A DNA stretch of 64,000 nucleotides from the human T2T-CHM13v2.0 reference genome, Homo sapiens. The position numbers were made by a program, and so were the translations under genes. Location of the stretch: the NCBI RefSeq assembly GCF_009914755.1, contig NC_060929.1; one strand, 5' to 3'. The notes beneath the pieces are model-generated. The model did no database searches. It saw only the letters and a list, made by a program, of their open reading frames with translations, and was not told the origin of the DNA. This document shows positions 12,041 through 30,919 of this stretch, piece after piece (the stretch's first letter is position 1; each line of letters opens with the position of its first letter).

Positions 12041-13059
12041 TACATTGATATATTCTTAAGAGCCATATTTTCATTCATCTAGCCACTGCAAATGAAAGCC
12101 TCATTTGAGTTGCTACTTTAAGCCATAGAATGGATTCTTACAGCCAGGGATGTTAACTTGGAGACCATTTATGCAACATCTTTATTGATTTGAAGTTTGT
12201 ATATTCTCCTGAGGACGGTGTATGTAGCTTTTATGAAATCCTCAAAGTGGTCTGTGATCAAAACAGTAAAATTTGATCTATAACATTAAACAAAATACAA
12301 TTTTAAAATTAGCTAAGACATGTTACTATTAACCCCAATAATGACATTTGCCAAAGTAGGTCTTATTGGTAGAAACAGTTGTAAGGGTTTTTTTCTTTTT
12401 TTTCCCGGAATTAACCATTTTTCAATGTCAGAATGAAACAAAGATGATTCACTGCTTTCTTATTTTATTATGCTTTCATTCATTTTTCTGTGCTTTATAA
12501 ATATTCCCCTACTTACTAGACATAATTTAGAACATTTATAAGTCACTTCCAAAATGAACAAAATAATTTTTCGTCTCCTTTTGTTCTGAAGATCTTAATT
12601 TTTCTGATATCTAGCCTTAAATAAAAATTTATTCGGAAAATGACATTTTCCAAAATACATATCCTTGTGTGATCTATCATCTCCATATGGGATCCTAGCT
12701 AAATTGATGGCACATAATATTCTCTCTTGCGTGGATAGAGATTGAAAACCCTAGTATGAAAAACAAGCCAAATGCTGAAGCTGTTACTATGGGATATCAA
12801 ATTCCCAGATTAAAAAAACTCACAACTCATAATTTACTAGGTTATTACAAAATATTCCAGTGTTATTGTGTAGACCTAACCCCTAAATAATTGCTTGAAT
12901 GAATACAAGTGTCTCAGGTTAAATAACCTCTGTCAATAATCAATATGTAAACAGAGTTTGATTAACTTGCCTATTCTTCACTTTTCTGAACAATAATGTT
13001 CTTGTCTTCCTGTGCAGCTCAGCTCATGTCCCAGAATCTCACTATCCCTGGCTTCACCA

Positions 13060-14080
13060 GCTCAGAGGGAACACTTCCTTCACTAAATTATTATACACTT
13101 CTAATCTCTAATGGAAAGTATAAGACCTCACCCCGCCTCCACCCAGCCCCAAATTACATATATTACTTTAAAGAAACCACCTTCTTCTCAGCCTGAAATT
13201 TAGATTTATCTTCCATCTCCCTTACACCAATACTCCATATACATTCAGCAGGCAAGACCTAGAGAGTTAACTTTTGTTACATATTTGAAAAATAACCTTT
13301 TTTCCCCATCCTACTGTCTATCCTGGTTCAAGTTCTTATTTTCTATTTTCTAATACAATTGTAATAGACCCTCCTTAACTAATTTTCCTGCCTGTTTTCT
13401 TCTCATTCTAATCTGCTTGACACAACTTTCTAATTTATTCTCTATACCAGATAGCACAGTTAGATTGTTCTGTTTTTTAAAATCCCATCGTGGCACCCAT
13501 TGCCCAAGAACTTTTACAGCCTCACCTACTACCAGTCCCTTAAAATTCACAAGAATTTTATCTGCCCCCGAACCTGTAATCCTAGCGTTCAATTTGTAGT
13601 ATCTTCTCTACTTCTATACTTTTATAGCACTGTGCGTTGTGGTCATTTTCTACCTAACATTTTATATATACACATATATATTTGTCCTACCAATTTACTC
13701 TCTCTTAAGCTTTTGCCATATAGTAAAATTCTTTCGTTCATCTATAATTTATTGTTTACCTGCTAACCTTATGGCTATTCTGTAGATCCAGGGTTTCAAT
13801 GAGCAAGATGGATCTGCCTAAGCCCTGCATATAGTTAGTGCCCCCAAAACATTTGCTGAATTAAGTTTCTAATGGTTTTTGTTCGTATACATATATAAAG
13901 CAAATTTTTTGTTGAATTGAATTCTACTTTGTATTCCCTTAAATTTACTTTATGCTAGTCTGATATGTTCAAGAAGGGGAACCCTGTCTTATTCATTCTT
14001 TGTGATCCTCAGGTCATACGCTACAGGTAGGCCTACAATGGATTTTTAATAAATCCATTTTGATTGAAAGATGAATGCTT
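13060..14080 (+). mobile_element. L2 fragments including two 3' ends
   Basis: tagttagtgcccccaaaacatttgctgaat and aataaatccattttgattgaaagatgaatg tails. Confidence 0.55.
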
Positions 14081-16189
14081 TGTTTCTTCCATATATGTGA
14101 TGCAGTGTGACCTGAGTCTATCATGCATGATAGGCAAGTGTGACCTACTGTGGAAGTGAGGGAACCTGAGTTTATTAGGCACTTTAATGCAGGCAGAGCG
14201 TTTGATGGTATTTTATTTTTACTTGCCGTTTGAGTTTTCTGAAACCAAAAGAGTATTTAGAGTGAGTTAGCCTGTCACCTGATCCTTTAAATAGCTCAAA
14301 TATTGGTTTAGTTCTTGTTTTGTTACCAAGACATCCAAATATTGGATAAAGACGTATCTAAATGGAAGAAATTATTCCAAAATGCCTGTATACATTTGAA
14401 TAATGTTCAATATTAACTTAGTTTTTATAAGATTCCTTTATATGATTGTGTATGAATAGAGATGCATTGATACAAATATTTAAAATTGAGATAATATATC
14501 CAAGCCAACAACACTTACCAAGTAGCCAATATGTTAAAATGCTAGATTCAGTAGGAGAATACTGCCCTCATGGAGGTCATGTATTAATGCACCAGTCAGG
14601 TGTTTTGTTCTTGTGCATTATTGTGAGTATATTCAGGGAAACATAAATTAAACTGTCTGAAAACCAAATAAATTACAAATTTGTCATAATTGTTGCTAAT
14701 CCTTACTCCAAATGAAATTATTCCTGTAAAGCACCTTACATAGTGACTACCACATAGTAGATACTCAATAAACATTCATTACCTTTCCCCTATGGGGTTA
14801 GAGTAGAATTAACCAATTATTTATAATGGAGTGGAGTGCATGAGAAATTCATCATGGAAACTTTCATTTATCCAGAAGGACCCAAATTTTTATTGTGCTT
14901 TAATAGAATTTATCAGCTAGCTGTTTCATTCATTACTTCCCCTGCATGAACACAGAACTAACTATATAATGTGAAAGAAATAAAATGAAAGAGAAAGAAA
15001 GAAAACTTTAAAATATAAACTGTTGAAACTATTGTGAAAATTGTAAGGCACCTAAAACAGAAAATAAAATGCTAAAAGAAAGAAGAAAACATTATAAATG
15101 GCCCTCTTCTGAAGATGCTAAAGATCCAACCTTGATGTAGACACAGCAGATTTAACACAGCAGATTCACTGTAAATACACAGAGTCTGCTCGATATTGTA
15201 GTGTAACTCGTTTGCCTACTGAACATGCCGGTAATATTTAATCATAAACAAAGTAGAATGTTATTCTAATTCTAAATTCTAGAAAAAAGCAGGATTGCAC
15301 AGCATCCTGCAAGATAGCTTGAGCTTTGCCTGATGATCCATGGGGAATCTTCCATTCGGTGCCTTTCAGAGAGGTTGGTTTGTGGGTGCAGGAGCACAGG
15401 CCACAAGCAGGGGCCTGAGTGGCTGGAAACCACCCCGAGACCTGGCATTCCTGAGCTGCTCCGTTCTGCCAGGAAACTGCCCAGCTGGATAGAGACAGAC
15501 AGGGAGTTGCTCTTCTGGTCCTCAGAGGAAAGGAAGTACAGTGATGTCAGCAATGACCACCACTGACATCTCTACCTGGTCAAATAGCCAAACTGTCCCA
15601 AAGGAGAGCCTTGGTAAGCACCCGCGGGAAGAAGAAAATTATGCTCAAGCAACAGGGTGGTCTTCAGAATGGTGAGAACACATCACACTGGACACACTCT
15701 ATTGCTGTTTGTGTTAAAATCACAAACATGATGAGTTGTTGGTAAAACCGTAATGTGTGTCTAGATTTATTGAAATAATAAGGAATCCGCTCTGTAGTCT
15801 CATGACATTTTATTGGCAAATTCTGCTGAAACTAGTTTGGATCTGATTGTAGTCATTGTGTAGGCTGAAAACTGGCTGGAACATATTAAAAACAGAGCTT
15901 CCTGATCCCACAGAAATCAAGCAGGTGCCCTCAGGGTAAATAGCAAGTCTCAATGTGGCTTCCTTTCCAAATCCGCAGCCTCTAAAAGCAGTTCCATAAT
16001 AACTGCAGCTTGGGTTCCTCAACTAACTCTGACCAAGTTACTTAGACAATTACTCTGCTAACTCTATGTCTGTCCACCTTGGTTTTGACAAGAAAGTTCT
16101 AGAAAGCAGACATCATTTCTGTTTTTCCTGCATGTACTGTCTGGACCCCGGGTTCTACTGGCAAGGTCTGAGAGGAGTGAGATAGATGA

Positions 16190-16395
16190 TGACACTTCTT
16201 AATCGTTATCTACCAGGCACTCTGTTAAACATTGTTTATACAGTATCTCATCATATTATCTCATCAGTTCTATGTGGTAAGCATTATTTTCATTTTATGA
16301 AGGAGGAAACAGGTCCAGAGAGGCTTAGAATTTTCCTGAGTTCATGGCAAATGAGTCTGCCTCATTCCAGAACCCAAATTGTCCATCAATCCCAT
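16190..16395 (-). mobile_element. MIR
   Basis: cattttatgaaggaggaaacaggtccagagaggcttag core. Confidence 0.7.
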
Positions 16396-16619
16396 GTCCT
16401 GCTGCCTATGTAGGATAGAACAAAGAAGATGGGTGCTTTCTGTGTTCTAAAAGGAGAAAGAGGTAATCGCTTTTTTTACCTCCCTAAAGAACTCAGAGTT
16501 GGAGTGCACCTAGAAGAGATGTTGCTGCTAATTTGAGAATGGGTTTGGTCTGATGGTATCTGGGCCTTCCAGAGTTCTGAAACAGGTATAAAGTTTATCT
16601 TTGTTATCCCCTCCTATCT

Positions 16620-17985
16620 TTTTTTTTTAATTTTAATAAGCTTTAATTTTTGGAACAATTTTAGATTTACAGAAAAATTGGGAAAACCGTACAGAGAGTT
16701 TCCATATACAAACCCACATGCAGTTTCCTGTATTATTAGCATCAATATTAGTGTGGTACATTTGTCACTGATGAACCTATGTTGACTTTATTATTATTAT
16801 TATTGTGAGACAGGGTCTTGCTCTGTCACCCAGGCTGGAGTGCAATGGCATGATCTTGGCTCACAGCAACCTCCGTCCTCCTTGGTTCAAGCAATTCTCA
16901 TGCCTCAGCTTCCCGAGTAGCTGGGACTACAGGCAGGAGCCACGATACCTGGCTAATTTTTGTATTTTTAGTAGAGACAGGGCTTCAACATGTTGGCCAG
17001 GCTGGTCTCAAACCTGACCTCAAGTGATCCGCCTGCCTCGGTCTCCCAAAGTGCTGGGATTACAGGCGTGAGCCACCGCATCTGACCTTCAATGTTGACA
17101 TATTATTATTAACTAATGTCAATACTTTATTCAGATTTCCTTAGTTTGTATCTAATGTTCTTTTTTGTCCCAGAATGCCACATTACATTTAGTTATCCTT
17201 TCTCCTTAGGCTCCTCTTCACTGTGACAATTTATCAGACTCCTGGTTTTTTATGACCTTGACAGTTTTGAGGAGTATCAGTCAGGACCCAAGAAATACAC
17301 AAGGTGAACATTGATGTTCCCTCAATTTGGATTTGTCTGATGTTTTTCTCAAGATTAGACTGGCATTATGAGTTTTGGGGAGGAAGACCCCAGAAATAAA
17401 GTGCCATTTTTATCACATTGTATCAAGGGTACATACCATTAACATGAACTTTATTACTTATCAATTACACTGCTAATGTTGATCTTGATTATCTGGCTAA
17501 GGTAGTGTTTTCCATCTTTCTTCACTATAAAGCTACCATTTTTTTTCCCTCTTATCATTATTGCTCACTTACGAATTCACTATGCACAGCCCAAACTCCC
17601 CTCTCCTTAAGGGTAAAATATCTACACAATTTATTTGGAATTCTTCTGCAGGAGAGATTTGTCTCTTCTCCTCTATTAATTTATTTATTCAATCATTTAC
17701 TTATATCAGTATGAACTCATGGATATTTATCTTGTACTTTGAGTTATAATCCAATACTACTTTATTTATTTTGTTGTTCAAATTGTTCCAGCTTTGGTCA
17801 TTGGAAACTCTTTCAAGTTGATTCCTGTGTCCCTTTGACATACCCCATCATTGTAGCCTTTTTTTCTTTTTTTCTTTCTTTCTTTTTTTTTTAGCATTTT
17901 GTTACTTTCTGGCACTACAAGATGCTCCAGGTTCATCTTGTGTATGTCCCCAGTCCTGGAGTGAGCAATTTATTCAAGGAGTTCT
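16620..17985 (-). mobile_element. L1MC-family 3' region interrupted by an Alu
   Basis: ttttagatttacagaaaaattg start; catgaactcatggatattta; ctttctggcactacaagatgctccagg. Confidence 0.8.
16787..17087 (-). mobile_element. AluS (Sx/Sz-like) with (TTA)n tail
   Basis: Full dimer; flanking atgttgac..tattattatt duplicated on both sides. Confidence 0.93.
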
Positions 17986-18324
17986 CCTACCCTTTTTGGG
18001 TAAGGAAATCCAAAAGATCTTGAGGGCAAAGGGATATTATGAATAATATTAGGCAGGCAAGTAAAATTGTCTGATCAGATTTTCATTTTAGAAGGATTGT
18101 TTCTGGCTGGATAAGTCTAGAACTAAAGGCAGAAAGTCAGACCAGAGAGGAGGCTACTGTTGCAGTCCACTTAAAAAGAAAAAAGCAAAAAAGCAACAGA
18201 GAAGGATAGACATTTGGGAGGCACCTTAGCTTACATTCCTAACAGAGCCATGGTAGTCTGGTCCTGGGATTCAGTCTACCCTGCCACAAAGCGCACAGAA
18301 ACTTTCTGAATGGAGGAGAAGGAT

Positions 18325-18590
18325 AATTAGAGTAATAGCTAATATTTATTGAGCACTTACTATATTCCAGGCACTGCTCTAAACACTTAATATATAAAAA
18401 CTCATTTAGTCTTCACAACAACCCTTTATGCTAAGCACTATTATTATTCTAATTTTACAGTTGCAGAAATTGAACAGTGAGAGAATAAGTGGCCCAGAGT
18501 TTCACAGTGAGTATGCAGCAGCCAGAGACACCAGCCCAGGGGCACTGTGCCCAGCCCCACACTCTTAAACACGGTGCTATAGTGCCTCAT
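18325..18590 (-). mobile_element. MIR, near full length
   Basis: taatagctaatatttattgagcacttactat..ccaggcactg and attttacag core. Confidence 0.85.
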
Positions 18591-19655
18591 GCTGAAAGAT
18601 GGCTTCAATGTTGACAGCCCTTACTGCTAGAGCCTCAGCATGGCTGCCTGGACCAGCTGACAGGATTTCTAATCCTCAGCTGCCTGCAACACTTCTGTTC
18701 CCTCTGATTCCTAGCTTATCCCCCAAAGCCAGTTCAGACTGGCCAACCATCGTGCCTGACTCAACAACTGCATCTGGATCTTCCCAGGCCCTGCTGCCCA
18801 TTTGATGTGACTCCCTTGCTCATTTTCAATGTCAAAAGCACCTCTATTGTCTGGCACTGTCATAGGTGCTGGAATACAGAGGGTGTAAGTGATATTCCTG
18901 TCCTCAAGGGGCTCACAGTATGCACATGTGAGTGTGTGTGTGTGTGTGTAAAAATAGTGTCATATTTAGTTCTGCTTACTTGGTAACTCCTAACCATGGT
19001 ATCTGTGCCTCAGTGCTGGGCTGCCCACTTGACCTTAGACTATCTTCAAACTCATAGCATCCAGGCTTATGCCCAGGTACTACCCCTCCTGGGTCTGTCA
19101 CGACTCTGCTTTCTGCTTGTCTGTGGGGCTTCCGGTCCATGCTGTCCCTCACCCACACCTCCGCCACTAGGAGCCACGTGGCCAGCTTCCTCTCTCCCCT
19201 GTTGTGAATGGAGTCAGCTGGGGAATGTGCCCAGCCAACCCAGTCTTCCAGACTGCTCTGCTCTGACTCATGCTAATTTTGTTTCCAGAATTTGTTTTCA
19301 TTCACAGCACTGTGAGAGCTTCAGTCTCTTCTTTTGCTCCAGAAGAAGTAGGAGGTGAATTAGAGATGATTGGCAGTCAAATTTCTTCCACCACTCTCTT
19401 CAGGCCCATCTGGATTTTTCTATTTGACTATTTTCTAATTTGAGCCTGAGTCATTCTCCCACCAAATAGTGAGACCGTTTAAATATTCTGCATTGTTTCT
19501 CTGATGCTTCAAGTTTCAAAATCCATCTCATACACATTAATGTCTCCCAAAGGGATACTGCTACTGCCTACTTGGTTTGGGGAAACTCCTTTACTAAGTC
19601 TGACATAGTGAAACCATTGCCATGATGGTGCAGGGAGATGCAAGGAGATGGGTAA

Positions 19656-19961
<306 letters not shown>

Positions 19962-20269
19962 GAAACTTTTTAAAAAGGATGCTAACAGTTCTCTCTCCAT
20001 TCTCTCCAAAGATTCCAAAAATATTATGCAGTTAGGTTATGTGACATAATGTTCAGTTAAGTAACACACTTAAGACTCACATTTTCTTCATCAGCTTATT
20101 TCTAGACATCTTAAAGACATCTTTTATTTTTATTTTCCCAGTTAGAAATAAAGAGCCTTCTTGGTCCTTTCTCTGGCCTTTCTACATTTATGGAAGGGTA
20201 AATCTAGATCAAAGACTATGGCGAGGGTGGAAAGGAAGGAAACATAGAAAAATTCTGTCTTATTCTCTT

Positions 20270-21860
20270 GTTAGACACGTGACTCTCCTTTCACCGCCCC
20301 CTCCCCCCGCTCTGCCAACATGTCACTCACTCTCTGGGACGGTTTCCTCATTGTGCTCCCATAATCCACTGTCAGAAGTTGCTTTGTGAATTATTTGTAG
20401 CAAATAAATACCAAAGTGAGAAAATAATGATTTCAATACATGATTGTGAATTCAAAGTTAAAGCTAAGATAGCGTGGCTCGCATTCTCTTACATGCGACA
20501 TTCTCTTACGATCCACTTCCTTGAGTGGGAGGGAAGGTGGAGGAGTTTCAGTGTGTGCAGCAGTTGCACCTAACCCACTGCAGTGTGTGTCTTGTGCAAG
20601 CTTCATGGAGATTTGATTGACAACCACAGACCAGGGTATCTTTTCCACAAGTGGCATCTATTCACTCCTCCAGGGCAAGAGCTTTCTGATATTTTCAGTG
20701 GGTTCTGCTGAGAGCTATGAGGTAAGTTAAGTCCTGACCCCAAGCAGAGACCCTCATCCACTTGTCCTGTCTGCAGGGTAGAAGCTCTGTTAGCAGCTTC
20801 TGGTCATTTCTGGCTACCCTAAGTCCCCACCAGAAAACTCTCAAAGCCATAGTAAGGTGAGAATGAGCAGGTCACCATGAAGATCAGCTGTGCAATGGGC
20901 AATGAGTGGACAACCACTGCTTGGACACATTCTGTGGACACAGCCTCTCTGATGGGCCTCCCCATGCCTGGGAATGGCTGGATATGGGGTGTAGCGAGTG
21001 ACACATACAGCTGCTTTGAACGAGTCAAGAAGGAGGAGAGGAAAGAAGAGTTTAGTTTTCTATTTGGAGGAAGTAGATCGGGTCCATAGATGCCTGCAGG
21101 GACTGGAGATAGTCTTTTAAAGGTTTTTAGCAGTGGAGAGAAGAGTAGCCAAGAGTGTTGTGTTTGTTGCTTGTTTTCTTTTCTTTGCTTTTTGAAGAGG
21201 AATTGCACCACCTGTTCTTCCCCTGCTTCCACCCTTCAAACAAGCCCAAATGGACGTTTCCGTGCAGGTCCTTTCCATACAGACAATAAGCATCAAAGAA
21301 CAGTTTGGAACAGCTGAAGCAGAACCTTTGCAGAAGCCCCTTTGTACCTCAGGCCCTCTGTCGAGTCCCCCGCCCTGCAATCAGGAAGCCTCTATGTTAG
21401 GCCAAAGTGTTCACCAAGAAAGCTGCAGCCAGAGACTAAGGCTGGGAAGGACAACAGGAGAATATTTTCGCAAATGCTTTGCCTCTGTCCTCCCTTTCTG
21501 CCAGTAGCCACAGGAGACCCACAGTCAAGCAAATTCTGCCATTAGTTCCTGTATCTGTTTCAGAAATCAATATTAGCCAGTTTTTCCTCTACACCTTGTA
21601 AACTTCAGGCACGGCTGTCAGCTGCGCTCTGTGCTCCCTGAGAGTGAGCCATCGGAGGGCTCCCCCAGGGCTGGGGAAGCGAAGGGAGGCCAGTCTTCTG
21701 TCTTGCTTGCCTTTATTTTTTAAAGTGCATTTTCAAACAGTTTGAAAAGACTGCTGGCTGCTGCTGGGCTCTGTTTCTGGCTGGTTGCATCTGATCCGCT
21801 AGATAAATGTTGCCTCTAGCAGGAATTGCGGTGTGTGTTCAGAAACATAAAGTTGTTGCT
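20270..21860. promoter_or_regulatory. Putative promoter/enhancer region with a possible + strand non-coding exon ending at 20721
   Basis: No recognisable repeat, CpG above local background, GC box near 20294-20310, forkhead-like GCAAATAAATA near 20400, consensus donor GAG|GTAAGT at 20721/20722. Confidence 0.35.
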
Positions 21861-22414
21861 TAATGAGACCAAGGAGGTGACAGGGCCAGCCTTAGCATGA
21901 AAGAATGCTGAGGAGGAGGTACCTGTGGGGTGTGAATCAAGTCCCCTGGACAGGAATGGAAATTCTCATCACCTTAATTCCATGGTGATACATTCTAACT
22001 TCCTGTATGTAGCTCACACAGTAGCATGGAGGAAGTAATAATGATAATAATAACATTATAGTACTTTAAGGTTTACAAAATACTTTTACATCATTGCATT
22101 TTTGTGGGATGGTCCCCACTTAGTCAAGCTTCAGATAAAATTGTGTGGGTGCTTCTAGAAAAACCTCTCCCTCATTGTCCTACTCTTAAAACTATTTCTC
22201 TGAGTGGTTTGCATGGTAAAAAGGAGCCTATCAGGAGAAAGTATTTGTTATCAGTCTCTGGGAGGCACAGCAGGTGACATAGGAGAGGTCAAGATGTTAG
22301 AAAAGCTGTGACCTGTCCCCACCCAGCCCCACAAACCAGTCTTTGGGTCACTGATGGAGGAGATGGGAAGTTGCTATTTTTCTCTGGGGCTGGAACTGGT
22401 GGTCCACACAATGC

Positions 22415-22818
22415 TCTTCGAGATCCAAATGACTTTCCATATAGCACAGAAGAACTCCAAATAAAACATGTAGATACCCCCCTGCAGGGGGTGGAGCTTA
22501 AACCCCTCCCACAGAATGTGGGCTGGACTTACTAACTTATTTCCGAAACATAAAGTATGGAAAGGCAAAAGAGAGCAGAGTGGAGAAAGCTGGTTAGCAG
22601 CAGCAGTGATACGTTATGTTGATTTCAGGGACCCTCTGATCAGGCCATATCACCACTAGGTTTTCTTCCCAGCATCTGAAAATCCTATCTTAATCACGAG
22701 AAAATATGAAACAAACACAAATTGAGGAACATTCTACAAAATCACTGAAGAGTAGTCTTTAAACTGAAAGGTCACCAAAATAAAAAAACAAAAAAAAACC
22801 AAAACCAAAAAACCAAAG

Positions 22819-22862
<44 letters not shown>

Positions 22863-23160
22863 AAAGAATGAGAAACTGTCACAGATTGGAGAAGACTAAG
22901 GAAACATGACGACTAAAGGTAATGTATTATCCTGGACTGGATCCTGGAACAGAAAAATGACATTAGTGGAAAAACTGGTGAAATCCAAATAAAGTGTGTA
23001 CTGTAGTTAATAGTATTTTACCAACGTTAATTTCTTAGTTTTGACAAGAGTACTGTGGTTATGTAAGATGTTAATATTAGGGAAAGCTGGGTGAAAAATA
23101 TACAGGAACACTCTGTTCTATTTTTATAAGTTTTCTGAAAATCTAAATAAAAAGTTTTTT
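22415..23160 (+). mobile_element. L1MC/MD-like 3' end
   Basis: tcctggactggatcctggaacagaaaaatgacattagtggaaaaactggtgaaatccaaataaag. Confidence 0.8.
22820..22860. repeat. (CA)20 microsatellite
   Basis: Perfect dinucleotide run. Confidence 0.98.
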
Positions 23161-23859
23161 TTAATGTTTTAAATTACTAGGAAGCCAGAGTACAAAGACA
23201 ACTGGAGAATACACACGTAGAATAAATAAGCTGAGAATAATGGAAAGTTGGATGAGAGAATTGACATTCCACAAAGGTTTTACTTCTCCAAAAAGTTGTT
23301 CAGATCATCTTGGGTCATCTGGATTTTGGCCATTTCGTCACAGGAAAGGCAAGCAAAGAGTAACAGTGATCTGTGTGTGTGTGATGGGAGCAGTGGGGGG
23401 CAAGGGGGAGATCAGAGATTCCACCTAAAAGTTTGTTGTTGGGGAGATATGCTTATCCATGCATTGGGGAACTAGGTTTAAAACTAGTTCTTTGGGAATG
23501 TCTTAGAAGACCAATCTAAATCAAAAACTGAGTTAATGATGTTTTTATCTACCATTTTTCTCTAAGGTCTTGAGGCTTTGTTATCAGAGAGGTTGGGATT
23601 CTCATTTGTTGAAGGCATTTTGCCCTGGCATTGTGCCAACAGTATAGAAAAATCAAGAAACCTTCCCACATATTTTCAAAAGATGATACCCACTTGTACA
23701 TTTCTGTTGGGACCAAAGCTAGCCTTTCAAGTATATGTGAATAATGGCTTAAAGGTTATCTCCAATTCAAGCTGATCTATTACTTTAAAATCCTCTATTA
23801 ACAGTTTCTTTTTTATGTTAAGCATACCTCTTGCCAGCCTCTGTATCTTTTCCTCTGTG

Positions 23860-25132
23860 TTTGACGGTGCGACTAAACAGACTTAGAGTCTCTTAGGTTT
23901 GCATGCAAAAGGTTTATTTGGGTGTGCTTTTGGAATTAACACCTTTGAGGGGTGAGGAAAGCAGAATTTAGCAGGGAGAAAAGTTGAACCATAATGCAGT
24001 TGCAGTAGAGGTCTCAGACAAACCTACTGATAATGTTGGAGCTGAGATAGCCCTTTATATTTCAACACATTGAGGAAAGAGAGTGAGGGTCCAACTTATA
24101 ACTAATTATTAGATATGTGCCAGGCAGTGATGTAAACTTGGGTAAGGTATCTCCCTTTGGCAGAGGGAGATTGCTGGAGAGGGATTTGAGTATGAGCTGT
24201 CAACAGCCAACATTCTGCAGCTAGAAAAATAAGTACCTTGATCCTGAAAGGGGATCTCAGAGGCATATCAAAGCATCCCTACAGTCGTATCATTACAACA
24301 CTTGAATATTCTTCCAGAGGGAGTTAAACACATGTGGAAATAGCCTCAGGATTTTGGTTGGTTTATCTTTATATGAAAACTTACAATATGGTAATAGAGT
24401 GAACTGTAGCCCCACCACTGTAGCTGATCTCGAAGCCAAAACTGGTGTCCTTCATCTTCTGTCATTACCCATTCTAGATTCTTTTCACTCTCTATTATAT
24501 CTCTGATAGTCTTGGTGGCTAAGCTGAGAGGGCAATCAGTCTTTATTCTTGAGTGTTGAGGTACTGGTCACCATGCCCATCTCAGGCAATAGCTGCTATT
24601 TGAGTACATTTACTGAAGATTGGCCAGAGGAATACCAAGAGATGCTCCAGTGAATCACCTGTGTGTCATAGTATTCCCTGTCCTCATTGTGTAACTTCCC
24701 CAAGAACTGGATCAATTACCACTGCCAAGATGGTGACTCCTTTCCTTGCCTGCTAGTTTCTTGGTGTAAGAAGAACAAAGTGACTGGGCCGCAATGATAG
24801 CTTACAGTTTAATAGGATTCTTGCTGTATCTCCTGGTGAAAATAATCATAACTTTTGGATCCAGCACCTTTAGACCTACAGAACCTAGAGCTGCAGAAAC
24901 AGAATGCAGAAATTCCTTCAATCACTGCAAGTAATGCTACCCCAACCCTGGATTCTTAGACTTGTTCATGGGGAATATGTTATTGACTTTGGGTACAAGT
25001 TACATCCTGGAGAATGAAATCTGATTCTGTTAGGGTATCTTCTTTAAGATGTCAAAATCAAAAGGTTCTTCCCTGTCAAAAGGTTGTTACAGAAGTTCAT
25101 CAGATCTGGAAGGTGAGGAATATGATAAAACT
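23860..25132 (-). mobile_element. LTR16A-like LTR (~23860-24283) plus ERVL internal sequence; resumes ~30691-30915
   Basis: ttgcatgcaaaaggtttatttgggtgtgcttttggaattaacacc is LTR16A-like; adjacent sequence resembles the dUTPase region of the HERV-L at 46.2-46.6 kb (actcctttccttgcctg, agcttacagtttaataggattc). Confidence 0.65.
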
Positions 25133-25143
25133 AGTGAATCCTA

Positions 25144-30679
<5,536 letters not shown>

Positions 30680-30919
30680 AGTGCATCCTATGGTCATGTG
30701 CATAGCATTGTATCTCCCTTGTAGGAAAGTGGGTCCCATGGTCAAATGTGATGTAATGCACAATCTTGTGTTGGTGAATCAAACACTCTATAAGGCAAAC
30801 TCGTACTCAGAATGTGTGCCAGTTTCAATCAAGATATACAGTTGCCCTTCCCAAGTTAGAAGGGAGTTCAATTTAATCAACTGTAAACAAGCAGGTGGTT
30901 AGTTTCTTCATGGTATGAT

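Noticed and set aside
15540-15572. C/D box snoRNA-like GTGATGT...CTGA
   Set aside because: Box C is imperfect and the span is far too short.
20433-21545. ORFs of 67-137 aa on both strands near the putative promoter
   Set aside because: No recognisable domain, mostly non-ATG starts, and mutually overlapping as expected by chance in GC-richer DNA.
22478-22491. Palindrome CCCCCTGCAGGGGG
   Set aside because: 14 bp inside an L1 fragment; several are expected by chance.
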